DNA of 64,000 nucleotides from Octopus vulgaris (taxonomy: Eukaryota), in NCBI GenBank assembly GCA_951406725.2, contig OX597830.1, forward strand, positions 35,278,001 through 35,342,000. The letters run 5' to 3'. Positions 14,060 to 26,238 of the stretch are shown here, one piece after another (within the stretch, counting starts at the first letter, position 1; every line of letters begins with the position of its first letter). The position numbers were made by a program, and so were the translations under genes. The notes beneath the pieces are model-generated. The model was not told the origin of the DNA, made no database searches, and saw only the letters and a program-made list of their open reading frames with translations.

Positions 14060-14845
14060 TAGTCCAGACTTTAGGCCTAGAATGTAAGCAGAAGGAAAAT
14101 GTCTAAAACAGTTAGTTCTTTCACCTATTTTAACTCTACTTTGGCAAATGATGCTAAGCTTGAGAAAGAAACTTGTAACGCGTATAGATAAAGCAACTTC
14201 AGGTTTCGGAAAATTTTACCAGAGTCTCCGGAACGTCCATGATGTCTCTTGTAAAACCAAATCTGAAATCAATAACGCAGACGTCCTAAAAACTATCTTG
14301 TATGAGGCAGAGACTTGGACCCCTTATCTGAAGCATACTAATCAATTAAACAGCTCTCATATAAGATATCTGAGATCAATATATAAAATGGAGTCGAATG
14401 ACAGAAGGAGAGAAAATGATATCTTGTCTATATGTAATATCCCTAGCATAGAAACATTCCGAAACATGACTCAAATGAGGTGTTGTGGACACGTTTTGCA
14501 AGTGAATGCTGATGACTACTAAAAGCATTCACGACACAAGAATGACAAAACATTATTACAGTATAAAGAGAAATTTAGAGATAATTTCACTCGCTACAAC
14601 ATAAAACATAATGATTGGAGGACATTGTGACAAAATAAAAGCGGAAAATGACTGGAGACGACGGTGCTACGTAGATCTAGTAACTTTTGAAGCACAAATA
14701 CTCCGTCACCGTAACCAATTGCATGAAAATAGAAAGCGAAGTTATCAAAATACGAATAGGCTTGCCGAACTATAACTGTTCCATTGTGACTTTGCCAGGC
14801 GATGAAATATTGGCTTAGTTACCAATCTCCAAGCTTACGATGCAC
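14060..14845 (+). pseudogene. RTE-clade LINE ORF2 C-terminal relic
   Basis: RIDKATSGFGK...TKSEINNADVLKTILYEAETWT...HIRYLRSI...CGHV matches the RTE post-RT region (RI.KA..AFG, LLYG.ETW, W.GHV); stops and frameshifts follow. Confidence 0.85.
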
Positions 14846-15394
14846 AAAGTAATGTAAGTTTGACTTGTGAAAACTTGTAGTCAATTGTCTGAAAAGCCTT
14901 CAAGACAGAAAATACTTATGGGTAGTTATTAAATTCAATAACATTTTTGTAGATATTAAAATTATAAATGAGAGGAACAAATTAAGTATAATTTAGAATT
15001 TCTATCTGTATACAGTCAAATTGTAAGCAATGACTTCAAATTTTGGCACCCGGCCACCTTAAATTGTAAATAATGAAAACAAATTAATCCTATTGCAGAA
15101 TTTTTATCTGTGAATATTGTATTTTTATACGTGTGCCATTCTTGTGCTTGTACCTGGTGACATTCTAGTTCGGTGGGTGATATGGTGGAATGTTGCTTCG
15201 ATTTTGTTGGAGTTGCTTCTATTTTCTATCCTCATTACTGAACATTCATACGTTGTTTTCGACGTTAGATTCTTGGTATATATATATGTGTGTGTGTGTG
15301 TATGCGTGTGTGTATTATATATGTATATGTTATAAATATATATATTTATATCTAAACAAAGTTTGCATTAGAAGCGTTGAGATGTCTAGAAACT

Positions 15395-15551
15395 TAAGGA
15401 AGTAATTTCTATTCTCAAACGCAGGATTACGCTAATAATATAACATGAACAGGATAAACTACCCCTCTTTTGTATAAACACGGTTAGTTTATCCTGTTCG
15501 TGCTCTATTATTAGCATTATCCTGCGTTTGAGAATAAAAATTACTCCCTTA
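15395..15551. repeat. Long inverted repeat (~68-bp arms, ~20-bp spacer)
   Basis: taaggaagtaatttctattctcaaacgcaggat...gaacaggataaact is mirrored by agtttatcctgttc...atcctgcgtttgagaataaaaattactccctta. Confidence 0.9.
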
Positions 15552-15997
15552 TATATATATATATATATATATAATAGGAGTAAATAATTTTTTTAATGGT
15601 TTTAAAAAAAAACAACAATTATTTACTGGTAGATTTCGGCATGTAAATATAACCATTAACGGTAGGAACTTCTATACAGTTCAGTATATATATATGTATA
15701 TATATATTGTATATAAATAAAAGAGGCAAGCAGCAGGTTGCTTAGCCGCATACCGAAAAAATTAGAAATAGCAGTCATAAAACGTTTATTTCTATTTTCT
15801 GCAAATGGGACTCCACATACGACATATCCCTGTAATTCACATATGCAAAACAGAAGGAATAAATAACGAAAACAACGTCTAACGGTCATTTACGAACATG
15901 TTTCTGGATTAGAAATATAATGAATATATATTTCATGTCTTTCATCAGCGCAAACCTCCACTGAAATAGATTTATCAAATGCTACGTACCTCCACTT

Positions 15998-16051
<54 letters not shown>

Positions 16052-16250
16052 ATGGTATTATCAAATACCATCACAAGTGGTAAGCGAATTATTAGCCGTA
16101 TTGGCAAATTAATAAAATATATACATACAATACCAGATATGTAGATATATACGCAAGGGTACTACATGAGTACCTATATCGCCAATGATAGAAGTCAAAA
16201 GATACTTCTGTGCCACCGAAAAGTCACAAATTTATTACAGACAAGATAGG

Positions 16251-16323
<73 letters not shown>

Positions 16324-16328
<5 letters not shown>

Positions 16329-16435
16329 GAAGACGAAGACAGGTGTATACACAACAAACATGTGTATTAGTTTAACGCTTGGTAACGTGAGAAAATGTTT
16401 AACGTTTCGAGCCTACGCTCTTTAGCAGAAAGAAT
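16324..16435 (-). mobile_element. Dispersed repeat with hammerhead-like motif (probable PLE pLTR fragment)
   Basis: Minus strand CTGCTAA-A-GAGC GTAG GCTC-GAAA-CGTT; homologous to 45515-45625; abuts (TA)n. Confidence 0.5.
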
Positions 16436-16905
16436 CACGAGTAAATAAACAGAGAGAGAATTTTTTAAAATGTACTTTTGGAGCTAGCGGTCAGCGGACA
16501 TCATTCAAGAAATATATTCTTGAAAATTCTATGATGTGCAACATACGTTTTTGGCAAAGGAACAGTGTAACCGCATATTCAGATGAATTACATCTACCAA
16601 CATTATGATGGATCTCGAGGCCCTAGAAACAGCTGTTGGACTTACATAACATTAATCTATTAATATACATATTTATATATTTATAATTAATTATTCATTG
16701 TCTGAAAGTTTCCATATACATATTTTGTATTTCGTACCTAAACTATTTTTTTAAATATATCTAATGTGTTTATGTGCATACTTGCTTGCGTATCTAGTCC
16801 ACCTGATCCCTCGTACAGCCATACTTTACCCCGTGGTATTGATCCCCTGCAAAGACATCAGAGTCTCAGTTTGAATCATTTGAGCTCTGCTACACGTCTT
16901 TTGTC

Positions 16906-16950
<45 letters not shown>

Positions 16951-17014
16951 ATATATATATATATATATATGAGAGAAAGGGAGAGAAAGAAAGAGAAAGA
17001 GAAGTTCGGAGGGA

Positions 17015-17077
17015 GATAGACAGACAGATAGATAGACAGACAGATAGATAGATAGACAGACATATAGATAGACAGAC

Positions 17078-17168
<91 letters not shown>

Positions 17169-17172
17169 CAGA
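17015..17172. repeat. (GATA/GACA)n microsatellite
   Basis: Direct inspection. Confidence 0.95.
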
Positions 17173-17766
17173 TATACATAATTAGCTTTAGATGTGTGTG
17201 TGTGTGTCTACGTACATATATGTATGTGTTTGGGTATGTAATCATGTACGTACATATTTCTGTGCGTATGGTTTGTGAGCATTGATTAATCTTTCAAGGA
17301 ATGGGATTTTGTGCGCCAAGTTTGCTAATACACTCAAGTAAATGCGTGAAATAATGAGAATTAGTAAACCGTAGCTGTGGGCTTCGAGCAAGCCAGCAAA
17401 CGTAATCATGTCCAGTATTGGTAAACAACATATGTTTACAGAGAAATCATTGTTTTATGACTGCTTCTTCTTCAGTAACCTATTCGTTATTCAGCTTTCA
17501 ATAGACGGACGTGGTTTCGCTTTAATCTTTCCACGGGATTTCAGTCTAACAATGCTATGGTAACATAACTTGGCTCTTTGGTTAACAACATATCCCGGGA
17601 CGTCCATTGCCTTATCATCCATCCATATATATATATATATATTAATAATGATAATGATAAAAGGGAAAAATAATTAATTAATCAATTAATTAATTAATTA
17701 ATTAATAATTAATAATTTTACCAAGTAGTTCGGTACGTTAGAATAACCTTTTGGGGTAAAATTCTA

Positions 17767-17975
17767 CAAATATTCTATAATTATGAATATAATTATTATA
17801 AGGGGTCGGCTAATTCCTTCGCCACGCACTGAATTTAGAAATAGGAGTTAAAATGCATTTTCCGCTACCATATGGTAGTGGAAAAGGCATTTTGTCTCCT
17901 ATTCTAAATTCGGTGCGTAATGAAGGGATTAGCTGACCCCTTATTATAATTATGTTTATAATTATAGAATATTTG
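17767..17975. repeat. ~209-bp spacerless imperfect palindrome
   Basis: Centred on CCATATGG (17868-17875); ggggtcggctaattccttc...gaatttagaaataggag is mirrored by ctcctattctaaattc...gaagggattagctgacccc. Confidence 0.9.
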
Positions 17976-17983
17976 TGTGTATA

Positions 17984-18019
<36 letters not shown>

Positions 18020-18077
18020 TGTATATATATATATGTATGTATGTATGTATATATATATATATGTATGTATGTATGTT

Positions 18078-18123
<46 letters not shown>

Positions 18124-18146
18124 TACACACAAAGACAGACACACAT

Positions 18147-18186
<40 letters not shown>

Positions 18187-18763
18187 AATACTGCATAAAT
18201 ACACGAAAATAAGACCATCGATAGAACTTTTACACGCTAGAAAGGGCAGTCATAACCCAAACCACAAATAAATTTCTTAATGCACGCTGATTGCGGGCAT
18301 TAGGTTCAATAAAAATTCAGTAAACCTTATACTCGTGAGTTTCGATTTTAATTATCAAATAAGTGAATTAATCAATTGATTAATTAGCCGCTTTGTAAGG
18401 TTGCTGGTAAAAAATGCCTTATTATGAAACTGATATACGTACCGAGAACACAACGCAAACATGCTCAGAGTTTCATCTTCATCATTATGCATACAACTGT
18501 AGTGTCCGTACGTGCGAAGTCAGAATAGTACAGTAGTGAACAGATACTAAATGGGTAAAGAATTGAAAAATTTTCCTATACGTTTGATATATATATATAT
18601 TGAACTTTCAGTTTCTTTCAATCAGATGCACTAAGAAGAATTTCTTAGGCGCGAAACTATTTTACAATTTATATTCGCAATATGCAACACAGTAGAACTG
18701 AATCCGGAACCATGTGGTTGGGAAAAAAATTCTAAGCAAGGACAAGCCATACATTTATATATA

Positions 18764-19993
18764 CGAGGGGCGTTCAATAAGTAATGCCCCTGACCCACTT
18801 CCCATAGCAGTAGAGCAACGACACTTGGCACAGTTATTAGTCTTTTCCTACATAGGAACTACCCAGAGTTATGCATTTCTCCCATCGTTTGATACAGCTC
18901 TGGAGACCGTTTTTGTAGAAGACCCCAGCTTGGTCCTCCAACCACGACGTGACTTCAGAAATCAAGGCTGCATCATCTGGGAAACGCTTTCCTTTCAAAA
19001 TCAACTTCATGGCTGGGAAGAGGTGAAAATCAGAGGGTGCAAGGGGAGGAGTTCATAGCTGCACGCCTGTGCTTCTGATCTGGCGACACGCGAGTTGTGG
19101 ACCGGAGCGTGGTCCTGCAGGAGGAGGATGCCTTTGCTGATCTTGCCCCGCCTCTTGATAGCTTCTCTTAATTTCCTCAAAAGTGAAGCATAATAGGCTC
19201 CTGTAATTGTGGTACCCTTTGCCAGGAAATCTGTCATCACTACTCCGTCCTGGTCCTAGAAGACTGTGAGCATAACCTTGTCAGCGGAGGGCTGCACCCT
19301 TGCCTCCTTTGGAGGAGGTGAGTCACGGTGCTTTCACTGCATTGACTGGGCTTTGGTCTATGGATCATAGTGATGGGCCCAGGTTTTATCCTGTGAAATC
19401 AGTCTTTTGAAAAATTTTGACTCATCTTCTTGGCACATCTCCAAATTCATCCTCGAGCACTCAACGCGTTCTTGCTTCTGGAAAGGTGTGAGCAACCTGG
19501 AAATCCATCTGGCAGACACCTTTGCATATGCAAATGGTCATGAATGATAGTTTCCACAGACCCGGTACTAATCTTGACCTTATGGGCTATTTGGCGAATA
19601 GTTATGAGTTGACCTTCCAAAATGGCAGCCTCAACTTGACGGACAGACGTCTCATCAACGGCAGAAGGAGGCGACCAGATCTGGGAGCTGTTTCCACAGA
19701 GTTCCGACTATGTTTGAATTCACAATGCCAGCGTTTTACAAGGTCATATGATAGGGCATCATCACCATAAGTTACTTTCATTTCATCAAAAGTCTCCCGT
19801 GATGTGCGTCCTTTCAAATACAAAAACCAGATCACTGCTCGACACTCAACAGGCTCCATTTCACACTTGACTCAGTTCAAACACCTGTACATCAGAAACC
19901 ACAATTAGTTCAGAGCTGTAATTCGCCATTTACTCTATAGAGGTATAAACAACTGCAAGTAGGTCAGGGGCATTACTTATTGAACGCCCCTTG
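18764..19993 (-). mobile_element. Full-length mariner DNA transposon (inactive)
   Basis: 32-bp TIRs CGAGGGGCGTTCAATAAGTAATGCCCCTGACC and its inverse at 19962-19993 (1 mismatch); TA on both flanks; 1230 bp long. Confidence 0.96.
18837..19859 (-). pseudogene. Mariner transposase pseudogene
   Basis: MEPVECRAVIWFL...VKRW HTH region, KVSARWISRLL (WVPRxL), SQDKTWAHHYDP (GDETW), LLQDHAPVH (HDNA), C-terminal KRWEKCI; frameshifts and loss of the YSPD motif. Confidence 0.93.
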
Positions 19994-20005
19994 TATATAT
20001 ATATG

Positions 20006-20066
<61 letters not shown>

Positions 20067-20160
20067 TTAATAATATCAAAGAGTAATCAGAAATATTAGA
20101 AATTTCTATTACCAGTTGTCTAGCGTGTAAAAATTTAGTCAATAGACTATATATATTATT

Positions 20161-20342
20161 CACATAAATACAGTGTACACTTAAACACACAAGAGGCAGG
20201 AGTTAGATGGTAATTTTTTTTTTTCATTCACTTCGAAATTTTATCCCTAATAGTGGTCTGGAATTTGACTGTTCTCTCTAGCGTGCAAGGAGCCCTATGA
20301 TGGATGTCTCTTATGTGTTTAAAGTTACACTGTATTTATGTG
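20161..20342. repeat. Inverted repeat (35-bp arms) in a TA-flanked dispersed repeat
   Basis: cacataaatacagtgtacacttaaacacacaagag versus ctcttatgtgtttaaagttacactgtatttatgtg; right part homologous (inverted) to 18190-18270. Confidence 0.8.
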
Positions 20343-20934
20343 CATATATATATAAACATACATATATATATATATATATATATAAATTTATGTGAGTTGA
20401 ATATACTTCACTCCGTTAATAGGTTGTTTCAGGCACCAGTTAACGCTCGGAGAGAGAGGAAGAGGTTGTGTAGATAGGGAAACAGACGAAGAAGCGTATA
20501 GCATCACATATTACCATTTATGTTCCCCTTTCACACTTCTCTTCCACCTTCGCCTCTTTTTTTCCTTCACCATCACTTTCACCACTATCATCATAGAAGG
20601 TTTATAGATTAATACTAAAATGTCTATATACTTTAATCTGTATGTCTCATTATGTATTCATTATATATATATCTGCATATATATATATATATGTTATTAA
20701 AAATAACACCTTGATAACTGCAAAAAATCAACAGCAGCAGCCGCAACAATGTTAATAACGACATTGGTTATGTTGACAACCATGATGGTGGTGACGTTGA
20801 CGACGACGATGAGGAGGAGGAGGAGGAGGAGGAGGAGGAGGAATATTTTGGGTTTTCTGCTTATTTGTAAAAGTCTTCTGCACTTTTAATATGGGTCTTC
20901 TCATTTATACATATTTGCATAGAAAAAATTTCAA

Positions 20935-20980
<46 letters not shown>

Positions 20981-21231
20981 TTTAATAAACATCAGCCACA
21001 ACAAAATCTTCTACCACAACAAGAGTACATCTTGTATAAATGTATACATTTTCATAAGAATTCCTTTAATTGTACGATGTGACTGAACTGTATTGTATAT
21101 GCATATTGTGAATGGTTTTTAATGAGAAACACGAGGTAACCTCATGGCCAAGCTATCATCTTTTCCTTGACTATCGCTTTTATTTTCATCTATTGATCTC
21201 TCACCCCCATTTCGCTTTTTTATACCAACCA

Positions 21232-21287
<56 letters not shown>

Positions 21288-21439
21288 ATCTATCTGTTTT
21301 CCCCCTGTCCCTCCTCGTTCTCTCTTTCTCACCTTAGATATTAAATTGAATAGTCATATCTAATATTGGACAACAAACATCAGATTAGGACAAAGTATGG
21401 TAAAAAAATAACAACTGTAACAATAATAATCCTTTTTAC

Positions 21440-21610
21440 TAAATGCACAAATCCTGATATTTGGTGGGAAGGAGACTCAATTTATCGGTCCCGAAGGGAT
21501 GAAAGGCAAAGACAACCTCGGCAGAATTTGAACTCAGAACATAAAAACGAACGATATGCTGCTAAGCATTTCGTCCAGCGTGCTAATAATTCTACCAGCT
21601 CACTGCCTTA
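21440..21610 (-). mobile_element. SINE family A, diverged
   Basis: gatgaaaggcaaag...gaatttgaactcagaac...ctaagcatttcgtccagcgtgcta...ccagctcactgcc is the reverse complement of the family A head and core. Confidence 0.85.
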
Positions 21611-22353
21611 ACTATAAGAATCATTTCTACTACAAGCACAAAGCCTGAGATTACATCAAGTTTACATCGACCCCGTTGTTTAACTGGTGTTCAATTCATC
21701 GACTAAATAAGAGCGTCTTTCTCACGTAAAATGACCAGACACTTGAATTTTGATAGCAGCAACATTCAAAATTTGGATCTTGTTTGAGGAGAATGCCTTG
21801 TCCATTTAAACAGTTCCGTTGAGTGATTATCATTTACCAAGTACTTCATGGCTGTGTTTGCCCCATAATTTGTCAAGTACTTCAAAGTACTTGGATTATA
21901 ATTTGCCTTATAATCCTATTACAATGTAATCAAGCGTACCAACACATATGGATGACAAGGTACATCTATAACCATTTTGTATGAATAAAATGTACCTAGT
22001 CATATAAATGAAAGTTGGTACATCCATTTAAGATTTGCTTGTGTATATGCGTTAATACATTTTTGAACTCTGCAGTAAATTTAACACGTATGAACACAGT
22101 AAAACAACGAAAAACTAAACGTATATTCACAAATTGTACGCCCACATGTACATACCTGTAGTTATTCAATCTTTTGCAAGATTTATCATCTGTTCGTATG
22201 ATTCTACTGTCATTTTCTATTTAGCAGACACATAACGGAAGACCGTGAACATCCCGTTTATTATTGTATTCTATATGAGGACTTTTCAGGCTATATCTGA
22301 AAGGCTTGGACACCACTTCGATGCTGCTTCTTTGACATCTATCTATCTATCAA

Positions 22354-22403
<50 letters not shown>

Positions 22404-22406
<3 letters not shown>

Positions 22407-22592
22407 TTTACTTGTTTCTGTCATTTGATTGTGGGCATACTGGAGTACCACCTTTAGTCGAGCAAATCGACCTCACGACTTAATTTTGTAAGCCTAGTAC
22501 TCATTCTATCGGTCTATTTTGCCGGGGACGTAAACACACCAGCATCAGTTGTCAAGCGATGTTGGGGGGACAAACACAGACACACAAACACA

Positions 22593-22680
<88 letters not shown>

Positions 22681-22704
22681 GTTGGTAAGCAAGCTACTTA
22701 CCAC
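22404..22704 (-). mobile_element. SINE family B (internally deleted)
   Basis: cttttacttgtttc...ttctatcggtct...gacgtaaacacaccagcatc, then (CA)n(TA)n, then gtggttggtaagcaagctacttaccac. Confidence 0.88.
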
Positions 22705-22788
22705 ATATATAAATTCGTGTCTATGCATGTGTATGTGTATGTACGCATGTATCTATGCTTATATGTAAGTATGCATCATCTTCGCATG

Positions 22789-22830
<42 letters not shown>

Positions 22831-23190
22831 CATATATGTATGTATGTATGTCTGTATGTATGTATACGCTAGTATTTATACATACATACATACACACATA
22901 TATATGTGTGTGCGTGTGTGTGTGGATACACATGCGTCAATATTGCTTACATACATATATGCATATACATATGCGTACATGATATGTACACACAGATGCA
23001 TAGACATGTACAGATATGTATGTATATGCCTGTAGTTATACATACAAACATACACGTATCTGTGTATATATGGATGAATCATGTCAGCCATAATCTTGTA
23101 GTCATGGGAGCTTTTGTATAAATGGGCATCGTAATGCCATTCAGAGAGGTATCAATACGTATACATTCCCTACATAGACGTCAAGTCCTT

Positions 23191-23777
23191 AAGATGGCGA
23201 CCTGGTAGAAACGTTAGCACGCCGGTCAAAATGCTTAGCGGTATTTCGTCTACCGCTACGCTCTGAGTTCAAATTCCGCCGTGTACGACTTTGCCTTTTA
23301 TCCTTTCGGAGGCTATTAAATAAGTACCAGTTACGCAATTGGGTCGATATAATCGACTTAATCCCTTTGTCTGTCCTTGTTTGTCCTCTCTGTGTTTAGC
23401 CCCTTGTGGGTAGTAAAGAAATAGGTATTTTGTCTGAGTTCAAATTCCGTCGAAGTCGACTTTGCCTTTCATTCTTTCGGAGTCGATAAATTAAGTACCG
23501 GTTACGCACTGGGGTCGATATAATCGACTTAATCTGTGTGTCTGTCCTTGTTTGACCCCTCTATGTTTTGCTCCTTGTGGGCAGTAAAGAAATAAGAAAC
23601 GTTAGCACCCCGGGCGAAATACTTAGCGGCATTTCGTCTGTCTTTACGTTCTGAGTTCATATTTCGCCGAGGTCGACTATGCCTTTCATCCTTTCGGGGT
23701 CGGTACGTACTGGAGGTCTATCTAATCGACTGCCCCCACCCCAAAACCTTCGGCCTTTGAGCTTAGAGTAGAAAAGG
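23191..23777 (+). mobile_element. Trimeric SINE family A insertion with 12-bp TSD
   Basis: Three tandem units, each with a gagttcaaattcc-like B box and gcctttcatcctttcgg core; flanked by CGTCAAGTCCTT at 23179-23190 and 23778-23789. Confidence 0.92.
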
Positions 23778-24095
23778 CGTCAAGTCCTTTAACCAATAAA
23801 CTTTATGATAAATGCGTATGCGGGTACATTCATGCAACAGCGACATATACTCACGCATTTACACACACACAAACATACACACATATTCATACATACACAT
23901 ACTAAAATATACATGCTTTTGCACATACACATACTTGCAACTGCCTGTCGTTTAGTAATTGCTACCTTATATTTTCATACACTTCTATACCTGTATGGCA
24001 ATGTATATGTATAATCTTAAGGATTCAGCAACACGCATGCAGAAGTATGTATGTATAAATACATGTGTGAGTGTGTGAACATATGTACGTATATA

Positions 24096-24145
<50 letters not shown>

Positions 24146-24230
24146 TACACAAACATACAACACTTGCACAGTTACAAAAAGCACCAGTATCGCCATACCT
24201 GTATCTAACCTCACGCATACACTCGCCTAT

Positions 24231-24299
<69 letters not shown>

Positions 24300-26185
24300 T
24301 ACATATATAACATATATATATATAACATATATATATATACTTACATATATATATATATATATAAACATATACTTAAATGTATATACGTATTGGCAGCTAC
24401 GTATATACATTTAAGTATCTTTAACGTTGCTTTATGGGTCAATATTTATACACGCACGCATGCACATCAAGAGAAGCACGGACATACACATACACATACA
24501 CATACATACACATACACACACACTCGTCCACGCACAAACAGAAGCCGCCAAATAAAAAATCGCCATCACACACACATATATATATATATATGCATCTTGC
24601 GCACATACGCCAGACTATTCACTGCTCAATGAGCATTATGTGTGTATGTGTGAGTGTATGTGTGTGTGTGTTTGTTTGATGTGTATGTGCGTATGCGTGT
24701 GTTTATGTGTGTTTGTACTTGTTTGTGCGTGTGTATGTATGTGTGTGTTTATGTGTGTGTGTGTGTGTGTGAAGGATCAATTCGTACGCACAGCACGTAC
24801 AATATATGCACGCAAATGCACAAGCACATACGCATAGCCTGCAACGCTCACTCACACGAGCGGACTGACTTTACAGCCCTTCTCCATCCAACGAACATTA
24901 TTTTAGGAGAATCTTAATAGAACTGGGATATTTATCTTTTAGCCATAACCATCAAGTATCCATGCGGTGAGCATTTTGTGTAAATTATCCAAATATGTTG
25001 ACCAAGAAAAATGCATTCTGATTACGTTACTGAACGCTTGAATGCTGCCAGAGAATTTTATCAATATCTTGTTACTAAGTTTGACCATAGTTGACCGCTT
25101 GTTGACCACATTTCAAGGTTGTGTGTGTTTCTATCATTTAATGGGGATCATACAAGCATATTTTGTTTGGTTTATTTTCGGTCTTGGATGTGTTCGTTGT
25201 TGTTTTATTTTGTAGTATATTTTCTTTATCGTTTTATTTATTGATTGATTTAATTTGTTGTGTTTATTATTATTGTTGTTGTTGTTGTTGTTGTTGTTGT
25301 AGCTGCCGCAGTTAATGTTGTTTTTGTTGTTATTGTTTTAGAGTTACGTTTTGAGTTCTTAATTCACGACTGATTCATTTAGACTTCGTTATGGGTTTTT
25401 TGAGGGGTGAAATGCTGATGTCCTCTAGTGGAGGTAATGTTATTGGTAGTGATGGAGGGTCTGATGCTAGTGGTGCTGGAGGCGGTGCTACTTGTAATGT
25501 TGGTGTTGTTGTTAATGTTACTGTTGTTGTTGCTCGTGGTAGTGGTGGTGTTAGTGGTTGTGGTGGTCGTGATACGTATTGTATATTGCATCGAATTTGT
25601 GACCTCAGTTTGTCTGGATGAATGTAAGTATATGATAGCAAGCTTGTGCCCACTGAATGAATATGCTTGTGCGTTGTGCTGTGTGTAGTCGTGCATGCAT
25701 CTACTTTCAACGAGTGTGCCTATGCATATGTTTTCGGATGTGGTGCAAGAGAATATTTTGCGTCCCAATATGTATCTTAATATGTCCGTATGTGAATATA
25801 AATAGTAAATCCTCAGTATGATCAATCAAGTTTCATATATGTATCTGTGGGTCTGTGTCTATCTGTGTGTGCACGAGCGCGTGTGTGAGAATATACATGC
25901 ATAAAGACAGAGGGAGAGCGAGAGAAAGAGAGTAAGAGTGGGAGAAATAGAGAGAGAGGGAGAGCGAGGGAAAGAGAGGAAGAGAGCCAGAGAATTATGT
26001 ATGTCTAAATATATATATACATACATAAAAACGTATAAATATACTCATGCATATAGACACACGTATAAATACATATATGTGTATGTATGTGCATGTACAT
26101 ATATATGTATATATATATACACATACATATATGCATATATATGTATGTGTGTATGTATACATATATATATATATGTATATATGTG

Positions 26186-26238
<53 letters not shown>

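Noticed and set aside
23191-23777. Regularly spaced repeats that could suggest a CRISPR-like array or tRNA cluster
   Set aside because: Units are ~170-235-bp SINE monomers with homologous rather than unique intervening sequence; tRNA similarity is limited to A/B boxes; eukaryotic context.
25391-25621. Gly/Val-rich ORF (and Thr/Pro-rich antisense ORF)
   Set aside because: Degenerate GGT/GTT trinucleotide tract.
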